The notes under the pieces are model-generated. The model was not told where the DNA came from and ran no database searches. It worked only from the letters and a program-made list of their open reading frames with translations. The translations under genes were made by a program, and so were the position numbers. DNA of 64,000 nt from Octopus sinensis (Eukaryota). Shown here one piece after another: positions 24,149 through 36,829 of the stretch (within the stretch, counting starts at the first letter, position 1; each line of letters begins with the position of its first letter). The stretch spans positions 199,702,001 to 199,766,000 of the forward strand of contig NC_042997.1 in assembly GCF_006345805.1 (NCBI RefSeq). Reading direction: 5' to 3'.

Positions 24149-25015
24149 TATTGGGTCATCCCATGCATAATGCGGTTTTTCAATTGCATGAGCTAAAAGC
24201 CAGAGGGAGAAGGGAAAAACTACCTGCATCAACTTGCTATAAAAGCAGGCAGTAATTTTACCTTGTACTAATTCTTGTACTTATCCTTAGTGCAAGTTTT
24301 GAAGAGTACAGTTCAATTTTAGCAGTTATTTTTTCAAACCTATCATGGAAGTGATTAGGAGCATATTTGGTATATTTTGCTTTATGGGTTCAATAAAGGC
24401 AACAGTGCAATGGAAACTGCGAGGAATATTAATGCAGTATATGGGGATTGGACAATAAGTGTACGCCAGTGTCAACGGTAGTTCCAGAAATTGCAAGCTG
24501 GAGACTAAAGCCTAGAAGAGAAGCCTCATTCTGGAAGCTCTATAAAGCTCAACGAGGATGTCCTGCAAACCTTAGTGGAATGAAATCTCATCGTAACTGT
24601 TGCGGAACTAGCAGAGAAGCTTGGATTTGATCATTCAACCGGATAATACTTGGCCACAAACAGCAAGGATGACATTCCAAAGGCTGGAGCAGCTTGAATG
24701 GGAAACGATGACCCACCACCATATTCACTGGACATTGCTTCATCTGATTATTATTTATTCTGCAGTCTTCAAATTCATTTGGACAGAAAATATATGAATT
24801 CTGTAGATGAGGTCAGAACAGTACTGGAGGAATATTATTTGTCAAAGACAACTGAATTTCGGAAGAGGGACCTTGCAAGTCTACCAGCTAGATGGAAGAA
24901 AATTGTAGAAAATGAAGGAGAGTGTATTTTAGATTAAAAAAGAATTTTTAAAATCTTTATTTTGATGAATACAAGAAGTATTTAAAAAATGCATTATTTC
25001 TGGGACGATCCAATA
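24149..25015 (+). mobile_element. Internally deleted mariner transposon (defective transposase)
   Basis: ~30-bp TIRs TATTGGGTCATCCC.. / ..GGGACGATCCAATA in TA context; N-terminal EHIWYILLYGFNKGNSAMETARNINAVYG and C-terminal PPYSLDIASSDYYLF...RWKKIVENEG. Confidence 0.9.
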
Positions 25016-25103
25016 TATATATTTTTTCAAAATGTAACCACGTGAATTGTTGGCAATTTTTTTCTTCTGTCTTCCTTTTCTCTTGGACTTTCCTCTGTCT
25101 CCT

Positions 25104-25138
25104 GTTTCTGAAGAAGAGCTTTGCTCGAAACATAAAAC
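25104..25138 (+). ncRNA. Minimal type I hammerhead ribozyme motif (probably decayed)
   Basis: GTTT CTGAAGA A GAGC TTT GCTC GAAAC ATA AAAC: stem I GTTT/AAAC, stem II GAGC/GCTC; triplet AUA rather than GUA. Confidence 0.6.
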
Positions 25139-25246
25139 CACCTTTCTTTCCTTCCCTCAGTGTCTGTTAATACTTTGTATGTACTATGTCCTCGTGTTAT
25201 TTTTTTTTTTGCATTTGTTCTTCATTTGTTTGGGATTTACTAAATA

Positions 25247-25830
25247 TCATCATCATCGTTTAATGTCCGCTTTCTATGCTGGAATGGGTTGGATGGTTTG
25301 ACTGAGGGCTGGTGAGCCAGAAGGCTGCACCAGGCTACAATTTGATCTGGCTAAGTTTGTACAGCTGGATACCCTCCCTAACACCAAAGATTCCAAGTGT
25401 GTAATGGATGCTTTTCACGTTCCGCTAGCACGAGTGCCAGTCAGGTGGTACTGGCATCGACCACGCTCAAACGGTGCTTTTTACATTCCACTAGCACAGG
25501 AGCTAGTCAAGAGACACTGGCAACGACCACACTCGAATGGTGTTTTTATGTGCCACTGGTACAGGAATCAGTCAGGCAACGACCACACTTGAATGGTGCT
25601 TTTTACATGCCACCGACATGATATATATCATCATCATTTAACGTCCACTTTCCATGCTAGCATGAGTTGGACGATTTGACTGAGGACTGGCGAACCAGAT
25701 GGGTGTGCCAGGCTCCAGTCTGATCGGGCAGAGTTCCTACAGCTGGATGCCCTTCCTAATGCCAACCACTCCAAAAGTGTAGTGGGTGCTTTTACGTACT
25801 GACAACGGCCACGCTCAAAATGGTGTTTTA
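25247..25830 (-). mobile_element. Two adjacent RTE 3'-tail copies
   Basis: (CAT)n starts near 25247 and 25628; four repeat units in the first copy. Confidence 0.85.
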
Positions 25831-25832
25831 TA

Positions 25833-25865
<33 letters not shown>

Positions 25866-27137
25866 GCATGCAGGTAACTTATATGCAGCTTGTGTGTCAA
25901 AGTATGCTTAAGTGTGTAACACAATGGTATGATATAGTAGTTGTTCCATGCTTTTGCTAATTGCTGTAGGTGCCTACGTAGTCACAAACAGGCACAACAC
26001 TTTCACAGGTCTCCAACCCATTTATTCAGCAAGCTGCACCGGTACTTGACTGGAACTCATTTTCAGCTGAATAGACTGGAACAACATAAAATGAAGTGTC
26101 TTGCTCAAGGATACAATGTACTACCTGGTCCAGGAATGACACCAACAACCTTATGATCAACCTTATGATAAAAAAAACCTAAACACAAAATCAAATACCT
26201 TCACTCTCTCTCTCACTCACACACACAACATCATCATCATCATCATTCAACATCTTTCTTCCATACTGGCATGGGATGGATGCTTCAACAGTATCTGATG
26301 AGTCAAAAGGCTGTGTCATGCCCCAATATTAACATACGGCCTGGTGTGAGATTTAAAAATACTCATTAGATGTCTTGCAAACAACTTGCACATGCAAGTG
26401 CTACTAGTCAAAAACTCTGCGTACCAGAAGCCAGCAAGTGTATGGGGACATCAGGAGAGAATGCGCGCCATTTCGGGGCCTACCTCTCGACGGCATCAAT
26501 GCGCACCAGCACTCCTGACCGATATGAGGCCCCGCTTGCTAGATCAGCTGGTTATCAAATAAAGCTCAATATACTGTTATTTACTTTCTTGTCAATCATA
26601 TTGTAATCTTCGTGAAATGTTGGCAATTACCAATCAACTTGGTTGCAAAGGTTTCTGATGCCAATTTTGAGGAGCTTAGATATGATTTTGAATACTCTTC
26701 ATAACACTTCATAACATTCTATACGTCACTAACAAAAATTGTGCTAATTGCTACCACTTTCAATTACTTGTCCAGTTTATTAGAGAATTACAACTATCAC
26801 TCCAAGAATTTTCTTTATTAACCACAATTACAATTTTTAAAAAAAAAAAATTTTTTTAGAAGAATCAAGATGTTCTCCCCCGTCACACTCACACACATTA
26901 TTTGTTTCATCTTGGTTAATTTAGCATCTCCATACTGATGAGCTGCTCATATAAATGGAACGATGCTGCAGTAGTTACACACACTGATAAATATCCTCGT
27001 ATAACAACAAATTGGTTCAACTTTGCTCGGCAAAATATTTTTTATCATTAACTCACAGATTAGTTGATTCCACTCTTCACTTTTATTCAGGTTCAACAGT
27101 CTCAGCTGCTCTGAACTTATTTGTTGTATACATTCAT

Positions 27138-27547
27138 AGGTGCAGGATTGGCTGTGTGGTAAGTAGCTTGCTTACCAACCACATGGTTCCGGGTTCAGTC
27201 CCACTGTGTAGCACCTTGGACAAGTGTCTTCTACTATAACCTCAGTGTCTTCTACTATAACCTTGTGAGTGGATTTGGTAAACGGAAACTGAAAGAAGCC
27301 CATCGTATATATGTATATATATATATGTGTGTGTATGTGTGTGTGTGTGTGTTTGTTCTCCGCCACATTGCTTGACCTGCGATACTTGTGTGTTTACGTC
27401 CCCATAACTTAGTGGTTTGGCAAAAAGAGTATGATAGAATAAGTACTAGGCTTACAAAGAATAAGTCCTGGGGGTCAATTTGCTCGACTAAAAGGTGGTG
27501 CTCCAACATGGCCACAATCAAATGACTGAAACAAGTAAAAGAAAAGA
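27138..27547 (+). mobile_element. SINE type 1
   Basis: Same head, core and tail; small internal duplication of GTGTCTTCTACTATAACCT. Confidence 0.9.
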
Positions 27548-27686
27548 ATCATCAGCCAAAATTGCACTCAGTACATCAAGTTATCCTATTTTGTTTCCTT
27601 CCTTCATCAGACTATTATAAAAATTGGGAGACTTGCTGTATGACATTTTGAGGGATTGAACCCAAGCAAGGTCAGCTAATGATGCC

Positions 27687-28070
27687 ATCATCATCACTGC
27701 TTAAACATCCACTTTTCCATGCTTACATGTCAGATGGATTTTGCTGAGGCAGATTTTCTACAGCTGAATACCCTATCTGTTGACAATCATCACTTGTTTT
27801 GGAGCAAGCTTATATTTCCCCTTTGCCAGAACATGGAAGATTGGAAATGAAGACCATTACTTGTATTATGGTGACACTCATTTACAGCTATCACATGATG
27901 TCATGACAAGGAGAAATACGTAATTATAGACACACAAATTTTCAGTTTCTAACTACCACATCCACACAAAAGGCTTTGGTCAGCCTGGGTCTATAGAGGA
28001 AAAAATTTGCCCAAAGTGTCATGCAGTGAGACTAATCCCCCAAACCATGTAATTGGGAAATAGATTTCTC
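27687..28070 (-). mobile_element. SINE with type 1 head and RTE-like 3' end
   Basis: Reverse complement of the same head, body and CATGGAAAAGTGGATGTT(GAT)n end. Confidence 0.65.
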
Positions 28071-29915
28071 AAGTATACAATGATGTCAACAAAATAAAGA
28101 TTAACAGAGTTATGGAGGGTAATATCATAGGTCCATATAACCTTTATTGTTCTTTTTTTACTTGGAAACCAAACCAGTGACTTAAACCCTTTGATGCAAT
28201 AAAGCTAGTGGTACAATCTTCCTTATTAAGATCATCTTGCAATGAACATCTGGTCTATGACCTCAATGTGATTTTATGAGTTACAGAAATAAAATTTGAT
28301 GTACATAAATTTCAACTTTAATACAACCAGTCTTGAAACAAGTGAAATCTACAGATGGGAAGGACCCCATTTACACAAGGAGAATCAATACAGCACCTGG
28401 AATTGTGAGCAGTGATGCAGCATTCTTCCAGTGATACATAAGAATCTGTTGGCAGTAAATCAGTGTCCCAGCATGGTTATAGCTACATGGTTGAAACAAG
28501 TAAAAGAATTGAAGGGGAAAAAATCGATATACATGTAATTGATTACAAGTTTTTATGATGTGAAACTCCTGGTTGATAAATTAGAGATTCAAAGCTAATC
28601 AAAAGCAAGACATCATTTACTGGCTGAACTTAATGGAAAGTATGTACCACTCCCACTTGATGGCTAATATTATGACAGTCATCTTGAAAAGTTTGCTGCA
28701 CAAAGTCATGGAAATTATAGAATTTACATAACTACACAGCCTATAATTTTAACATAGAAAATGCTCATAAAATGCTAAAAAAAATAAACATATTATCTCT
28801 GTTTTCAATACACATTTTATGAGCCAAGAAGCTAGTCTATATATGATCATTCACACACACTATTAGAAAAACCATGCAAATTCTTCCAAAGCACATTCTA
28901 CTATCTTCAAACAGGAAGAATATATTGGTCAATGTAGTTTCAATATACAAAAGGATGGAATGGTCACAGCAAGAATGCCTTTGATCATTGTTCTGCTCAA
29001 TCAGAAATAACAACAATGTATACATTTTCTAAGAATGCTGGGTATTGAAAACAAGCTGCATGACTGTGATAAGAGGAGTTGTGTTGTATTATATATCAAT
29101 CAAATCCATGCCAGCATGGGAAAATGGACATTAAAACTGTGATAACGATGATGATGATTAACATGATTATGAAGTGGGTTCTCATGCAGATTGTAATGAA
29201 AGACATTGAAGTTCACTACATGAAACTAAACCAAATAATCAATAAAATTGTTTTAGACTTCCACAGATACAGCCAGCAAAATTTAGAGAAACATGGTGAA
29301 CAAAAATACTAACAATAAGAATCAAAAGCATGAAATGTTCCGACTCTTTTATGATTTGGCGTATGGCAGGTCTACCAAGAAGTGTTTGGTTGTAGCCTAT
29401 ATTAGACGGTTATAGAAATATTCCTAACCATAATTAAGGTGATAGTAGCACTAATTAGATACGTAAAGGTTTTTTCAGGGCAAATGTAAGTTGCTCAAAA
29501 ATGGAATTCTAATAAGCACCAAATGTAACTTCCGAAACCATACCTATTCACTTCTGCTTCTATCTCTCCTTCTTTCATATTAACAGTGTTAACTACCATG
29601 ATGATGCAGTTACTGATCTCTCAGAATCACGAACAATCCCATTATTCTGAACAATTTAGAATTGTTTCATCAGAAGTACTTTCTGAACTCTGACTCAGTG
29701 CAAAATGTAATGGGAATGAAAGAATTAATTACATGATATGACATTAATAAATTAAATAAAAGTTCATATTTGCACATGCTCACAATTAATTAGACAACAC
29801 AGAACTTAGTTTACACAAATGATAGAAGGGAAATGGAGAAATGAAAAGTAAAATGAAAAAGGTATGGTTAGTGAGTTCAAGACTGAAATATATTTGACTG
29901 TCATTATCAACATTT

Positions 29916-30131
29916 AAAGGTGGTAACTTGGCAGACTCGTTAGCATGCTGGACGAAATACTTAGTGGTATTTCACCCATCACTACATTCTGAGTTCAGAT
30001 TCTGCTGAAGTTGACCTTATCTTTCATCCTTTTGGAGTCGATAAAATAAATACCATTTGAACACTGGGGTTGATGTAATCAACTCATCCCCACCTCCCCC
30101 AAGCCACCCTTGAGGCAAAAATTTGAAATAA
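29916..30131 (+). mobile_element. tRNA-derived SINE (type 2)
   Basis: 15-bp TSD TCATTATCAACATTT (29901-29915, 30132-30146). Confidence 0.9.
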
Positions 30132-30680
30132 TCATTATCAACATTTGCATTTTCAAGCAGGTCAGGTAATCTAATTCGTAGACAAGACAGTTACAGTGAA
30201 GATTATGTACCAAGAAACGAAGCCCTACAATATAAATTGATATGGACTGGTGGAAGTATCGACCTCTTGTAGAATAAATTTTCTGGTACCAATGTCATAT
30301 ATATATAAGGTTGGTGAATGATGACAAAACAAGTATTCAGTTATAAATTCCATATTCAAACCGATGAACTGATTAGTAAATGAGCAAAAACAGTACTTGT
30401 TCAATGCATTTCTCTTAAACATCTTTGAACTGAACTTGGCTCTCCCTCTAAGATCAGATGAAATAAACCATTTTGATGAGCTGGTAATAATGAAACCAGG
30501 TGAGCTTGTTCTCCACACTATTCTACAGAGGGAGACTTGTGATTTAACAAGTGTTGATTTGTACAGTGAGACTAAATATATGCTTATTAAGCATAAACAC
30601 ATATTTGTAATTACAAATTTAAAACAAATATACCGTGTACTTTTCTTTTCATTAGATTTCTTATAATTTTGGGAAACATT

Positions 30681-31796
30681 TATGTGGTGATGTCAAAAAG
30701 TTCCCACACTAGATCTGTAGTGTACCAACATATGGTAGCACATGGTTGCATGCATAGTGACAGCTAGCAGTGACCTTCGTGACACAGTGTGCCGAGTGAT
30801 ATCACTGTGTTTACCTTACAAGTTGTGACATTTGTGTTTCTTATTTCTATATTGCCCAGAAGGGGCTGAACATAGAGGGGACAAACAAGGACAGACAAAG
30901 AGATTAAGTCAATTACATTAACCCCAGTGCGTAACTAGCACTTAATTCATCGACCCTGAAAGGATAAAAGCAAAGTCGATCTCAGCGGAATTTGAACTCA
31001 GAACGTAATGGCAGACGAAATACTGCTAAGCATTTTACCAAGTGTGCTAATGTTTCTGCCAGCTCACTGCCTTATCATTTGTGTTTCTGTGATCATGTAT
31101 ATGCTGTAATCTGCGATTTTGTCATGGATAGAAACAAAGAGCCAATGTGAAATTTTGTGTTAAACTTGAGAAGTCCGCTACAGAAACATTTCAAAGCTTA
31201 CAACAATGAGGCAATGGATCATACACAGTTTTTCAAGAGGCATGGGTGTGGGTGTTTAAAATTGGTAGAACATCCCTGGAAGATGATGAGAAGACCTGCC
31301 ATGAGCATCACCCCCAAGAAATGTCATATAGTGCAACAAGAATTCATCCTCAGAGCCAGACCATCAATCAGCAGTTCTACTGAGACATTTTGAAGTATGT
31401 GAGGGAGAGCATTTGGTGAATGTGAATGAATCTGTGAAACGAAGAATTGTATTCTTCACAAAGCTCTCCTCAGTTGCGAGTTTCTTGCCAAAAACAATAA
31501 GATATCATTTCCACACCCACCCTATTTGCACTCGCAGACTTTTATTTCTTCACCAAGATGAAAATGCAGCTCAAAGGTCACTATTGTCAAGATCCGAAGC
31601 GAATCACAGGTGTTCAGCTTGTTTACAAGAAAAACATCTTCCAGGCTGGATTCCAAAAGTAGCAGGAACACTGCGACTGGTGTATTGCTGTGCAAGGTGA
31701 CTATTTCAAAGGAGATGATGTTAAAATTTAGGTAAATAAGTTGTTTTTTTTTTAATTAAACATAACTAATCTAGGAACCTTTTGATCCCATCTCAT
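30681..31796 (+). mobile_element. Decayed mariner transposon with nested SINE
   Basis: TIR-like ends (TATGTGGTGATGTCAAAAAGTTCCC / GGAACCTTTTGATCCCATCTCAT); frameshifted NVKFCVKLEKSATETF, GRTSLEDDE, QTINQQFY and C-terminal transposase-like segments. Confidence 0.8.
30841..31075 (-). mobile_element. tRNA-derived SINE (type 2) inserted in the mariner
   Basis: Flanked by the 12-bp TSD CATTTGTGTTTC (30829-30840, 31076-31087); B box GAGTTCAAATTCC on the minus strand. Confidence 0.9.
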
Positions 31797-32499
31797 GAGA
31801 AGCATGAGTCCAACCTTTTGAAAATGTTACTTGCAATAAAGTCTCCAGGGAAATTTTTATTATGCAATACAACAAAAGCTAAGAACTAAAACAAGGAATT
31901 TCACCAGTATATATATATGTATATATATATATTCTAAGGTATAATTTTCAGCACCATTATCTGGTGGAGTTCTATGTTGAGATGTCAAGAGTAAGGAGTT
32001 ACTTCTTAGTCATTACTCCTCCCTGCTTCACTCTAGCTTGAGTTAACAGTACCCCTAAAGGACCCCAGTTAAGTGTCAAATAGTAGATGGTCCTGTGGTG
32101 GTTTAGGTATACAGGACTCAGAGAAAGCCTAACCCCCAAGACATGTAGCACAAAGGCCCACTGGTATGTTGGCATGCTCTGATATCACATGTACTAGTTC
32201 CCTTATTACATGATTAAATAGACCCTGTACCACAAGGCCAAGCTTGGGACAATAAGTGAATAGTAGAGTAAACTGTAAATACACTGAGAGAAAGCAATGA
32301 GAAACCACTACAGTATTTTTCCCAAGACATATGGATGGCGGTGCCCCAGCATGGTCACAGCTCGTGAACTGAAACTAGATAAAATATTTAAAAAATCTGT
32401 CTTCTGACTTTAGCATGGAGATCTATGAGCAACAATATCTGTAAAACTGACATGGCACATTGAAAGAAATAGAGACAAAGATTGATTTTTCACAGTTCC

Positions 32500-32697
32500 T
32501 TGAGCTGGTTCCACAAAAAACGCACCCAGTACACTCTAAAGTGGTTGGTGTTAGGATAGGCATCCAACCATAGAAACCATGCCAAAACAGACAGTTGAAG
32601 CTTGGTGCAATTCTCTGGCTTGCCAACTCCTGCCAAACTGTCCAACACATGGCAGCATGGAAAACAGTCATTAAATAATGAAGATGATGATGATGAC
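32500..32697 (+). mobile_element. RTE 3'-tail copy
   Basis: GCACCCAGTACACTCTAAAGTGGTTGG...GCATGGAAAACAG..(GAT)n. Confidence 0.8.
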
Positions 32698-33191
32698 ATT
32701 CAATTTGAATATCTGTAAATTGACACCCCAGACAAGGATGCTGCATAGTGGTAGTGCAGAGCTAGTGGTATCAGACAGAGGTAAGGTAATAAAACAAAAA
32801 GAGAAGCTTGAATGGATGGTGTGATGTTGAGTGAGTTTTTAACAAACAGCTAAATGACTTTGGAATTTAGGGTTGCATAACAGAAGCACCATCCTTGATG
32901 CAGGACCAATATTTCATTGTGTGTTTGACTTGAGATTTGCAGAAAGTCAGCAACTGATCAGAGCTGGAGTATTTTTATTGCTTTAAATAGGAAAGATGGT
33001 CTCTGGGGTGCTATTTATGTAATGCTATGAATATGAGATTCCCAGCAGAGATTATCAGAGATTGTGAAGCCTAACAGTCGTAGCAACTTTTATGTTTATA
33101 ACCACATGTTGCTAAAGGCTACAGAATATGGAAGTATAAAATATTTTCTTTGATGTGTGCGTGGTTTTGTTATCTTTATGGTACCACAAGC

Positions 33192-33520
33192 ACAGACATG
33201 GCTGTTTAGTTAAGAAGCTCATTTTGCGATCATGTGGCATCAGGTTCAAGTCCCACTGCAGAACACCTTGGGCAAATATCTTCTACTCTAGTCCCATGTC
33301 AACCAATGTTTTGTGAGTTAATTTGGTAGATGCAAATTCTGTGAAAGTTTGTCAATCTCCTGTCCAACTGCCTGACAACCGGTGTTGGTTTGTTTACATC
33401 TCTAACTTAAAAATTTGGCAAAACAGCAACATAAGTACAGAGTCAATTTTGTTCAACTGAAACATTTTATGGTGGAGCCCAAGCATGGCTGTTATCCAAT
33501 GACTGAAACAAAAGATAGAA
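33192..33520 (+). mobile_element. Degenerate SINE type 1
   Basis: CACCTTGGGCAAATATCTTCTAC core and GACTGAAACAAAAG tail. Confidence 0.7.
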
Positions 33521-33529
33521 TATGAAACT

Positions 33530-33790
33530 GTCAGGGTCTAGGTAGCATATGGATTAAATGTCTGTGCGAATAAGTTTAGAGAGGAGTGAAAATTGGTATC
33601 ATCTGCATTGGAGCAAGAATTGCTAGAGGTACCAGCAGGTAAATATTTAAGGAAGGAAGAAGCTGAGTGACATAAACCAAGTTTATTAGAGAATCAATTC
33701 AGAAATAAATATAGAAGGGTCAAATAAGTCAAATCAGATGCTGAAATGGAAAGGTTTTTAACAAACATACAAAGTCAGAAATAGTTTTAG
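33530..33790 (-). mobile_element. Possible CR1/Jockey-like RT fragment
   Basis: SNSCSNADDTNFHSS resembles (Y)ADDT; the rest is decayed. Confidence 0.3.
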
Positions 33791-33838
33791 AAGAACTATT
33801 CCTCATGTTATATTTCATTATTCATATAAAGTAATTCA

Positions 33839-33839
33839 T

Positions 33840-33891
<52 letters not shown>

Positions 33892-33974
33892 TTATGAATT
33901 ACTATATGAGTAATGAAATATACACAGACACAACAGCGCTCCATCTATATACATACACACACAAATATAGTGTG

Positions 33975-34029
<55 letters not shown>

Positions 34030-34034
34030 ATGTG

Positions 34035-34074
<40 letters not shown>

Positions 34075-34103
34075 AAAGTATTTCATATATATTCATCCAT
34101 ATG

Positions 34104-34143
<40 letters not shown>

Positions 34144-34145
34144 TA
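33839..34145. repeat. Compound (TA)n/(TG)n/(CA)n microsatellite
   Basis: Directly visible. Confidence 0.95.
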
Positions 34146-34814
34146 TCCTAATGGAAATATTTCATATTTCTACAAAGAGATATATTTGCATGAAGAAGTA
34201 GACGCAGTATAGCAAATTCAAACAACAATAATTTAATATGATAAGAGCAAAGTTAGTAATCTTTTTCTTATTAATATGATTGATATATTCATAAGGTTAT
34301 TTTCAAAGCATCGTGAATATTTCCCATTTAATGTTTTATGCCGTGGAATAAGAAAGTTTTCAATTTGTTGCTGTCATGTCATATGAAATATTAGATGTAT
34401 TAGTACATTTGTGTGAAAATGTAAGATCTGAAATAGCGTAATTAATTGGCGCCTAGCATTTCAGAAGAAGGAAACGGCAAATTAATAAAAATGGCTCATT
34501 TACACGCTTTAGACAGTGACCATGTCTCCTTTGCTATTCAGATAATTTGGACTTTAAGTTATATGAAGTTAAAAACTATAAAGTTGTGTAAAGCTAAAGT
34601 AAAATTAAATTGCTAGTATTTTGTACTGGGTAGTGGTAACACTTTCATAGAATGAGACACAGAACAGAGCAATATTGAAGTTAGTAAATTCTTCAGAGAC
34701 AATCAAATATGTTTTATGTATTAAATATATCATCATCATCACTTAACATCTGTTTTCCATGGTGGTAGTGGTTGGAAGATGTCAAGCTCCAATGTCTCTT
34801 GGCATGGTTTCTAC

Positions 34815-35395
34815 AGAATGGTAAAAGACAGGTGCAAAGAAATTGTAGTGATGCTGGAGCAGAGATGAGTTATGCATGCTGTGTAGAAGAGACAAAATGA
34901 CGGGGATGAGCCAGACAACTCAAGTACAATTCTTTTGTCTGGATGAAAGGTGAAAGGAATGCAATGGAGTAGCTATATCAATCACAGAGAAAATTGGATA
35001 CAGTAATTAGAATAGCCAAGTATGTGATACAGTAATTAGAATAGCCCAATAATGGGATACAACAATTATGATTAGTCTATTAATGGACAATGCAACAGTG
35101 AAAATTATCTTCACATACACACCACAATCATGGTTGGCAGATGAACAGAAAGACTACATTTACAAGGGCCTCCTGTAAACTATTGATAACAAATGATAAT
35201 TACCTCATTATGGTGATTTTAATGGATGCGTTGAACCACACTATGATGGCTTACTTGATATATACAGACGTTGTTATGGATCTGCCTGAGAAATGAGCAG
35301 GGATAAAACTTCTGAGTTTTGTGAGGCAAGTGACATGACCATTTGTAACTCAGATATCATGAAACCAAACATACACTGGGCACTTACCAACTGAA
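34815..35395 (+). mobile_element. Old endonuclease-region fragment related to the intact RTE
   Basis: Frameshifted similarity to EIVEMLERR, AYAPQSGL..QKD, GDFNG and LLEFC..NDLMICN of the 12499 ORF. Confidence 0.65.
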
Positions 35396-35559
35396 ACACA
35401 GAAGCTGTTGTAAACGTTCCATTCAGACCTCTAGTTTGACAAAAACTTTCCTACCTCACCAGTCTTGGAGGCCATAACAAATAAGCAGACATAGGATTGA
35501 GCTTTCCTCTTTAGAAGGAGATTTTAGAGTTGCAGAATTTTAACTCCAGGTTTAGTTAC

Positions 35560-35800
35560 TATGTGTCTTGGTTGCCATTCCTAATGTTATAGGTCTTGGA
35601 TGATCCATTCATCATGCTAAATGGATAGTGCAAATCAAAGTTCCAGTATTTATTGTGCCATGACTATTGGCTTGCCATATACAGATGTTGTGACTCCTCA
35701 CTGTGCAAATTAGCACATTAAGGAAAGCCAGTTTATTGTCCTTCAACTTTTTTTCTGTAAACTGCATTGATAATCTAATTATGGTCCAGCAATATTTACA
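35560..35800 (-). mobile_element. Penelope-like RT fragment, degenerate
   Basis: MQFTEKKLKDNKLAFLNVLI followed by TSVYGKP, resembling the PLE IQFT.E.E....LAFLDV...TSVYRKPT segment. Confidence 0.5.
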
Positions 35801-36829
35801 TTAATGAAGGCAGTGTGAGAAGGAGTCATCTATACAACGCACAGAAATATCCCTGGTATGGGTAATAGATTGAAAACAACAAAACAAATGAAAAAAACTG
35901 TAGAGCGCATTGACTGAAATATTGTGAAATACCAACTAAAATGAAGACACTGGTTTAAATATATCAGTGTAAAATAATGAGTTAAATATACTAATACTAA
36001 CTTAGCTAGTTTTCACTGCAGATGGTATCTCAGTAATTTTTCTCACTGATTTATTACTATATTAAATATCTTACATTTTCCATTATTTTATGTTTTTACT
36101 GGAAAGATTTGCGAAGAAAAATGTAAGTATAAGAAAATTTGTTATTCTAAACAGACTTATGAATGAAAAATGTCACAGATCTAATTGTCAAGATATATTG
36201 GCTAGAGTAGAAAACCTTCAACACAACAGCTTGAATAGATTATTAAGTAGATGTTGTCTCATAAAAAAAGAAAATTTACAAAACTTATACCTCAGCAAAG
36301 AATTCTAAAACATATTAGTGAGGTCTCCAATTTCAGGATAATGCAGTCTTTTAATATATTGCTGCCAACTGCACCTTCCCTTGCATAAAGCCACTATTTG
36401 GCAAAGAATACATATACAAATGGGAAGAAAGAGTCTTGGGTAGTGCCTTGGGAAACAATTGGGCTGCTTACAAGGGTGAACGCAGTTAACTGTGTCTGAA
36501 ATACTTTGTTATTTTAGAGAAAGCAGCAAAGAGGAAACCAATGATGAAGTTTGTTAAGGAAGAACAACTCAATTCACAGCACTATTCTTCATCCTCTACA
36601 CTGTAATACATACAGTTAAGGCCAACCATGGTCCTAATTACCAGTTACTAACATACTATTTACATTACTAGAGAGAGATAAAGAAAGAAGAGAGATACAT
36701 TTTATCTCATTTCAGAAGTCATAGCCAATAGCTATATGCATACCCAGAATCTACTCTTCCTAGCGCATATTTCTCACACCTTGTTGTCAGCATTAAATAC
36801 TATCCATTACTCATACATAGTTTCTCTTT

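Noticed and set aside
33892-34201. Several 60-85 aa ORFs
   Set aside because: Microsatellite translations.
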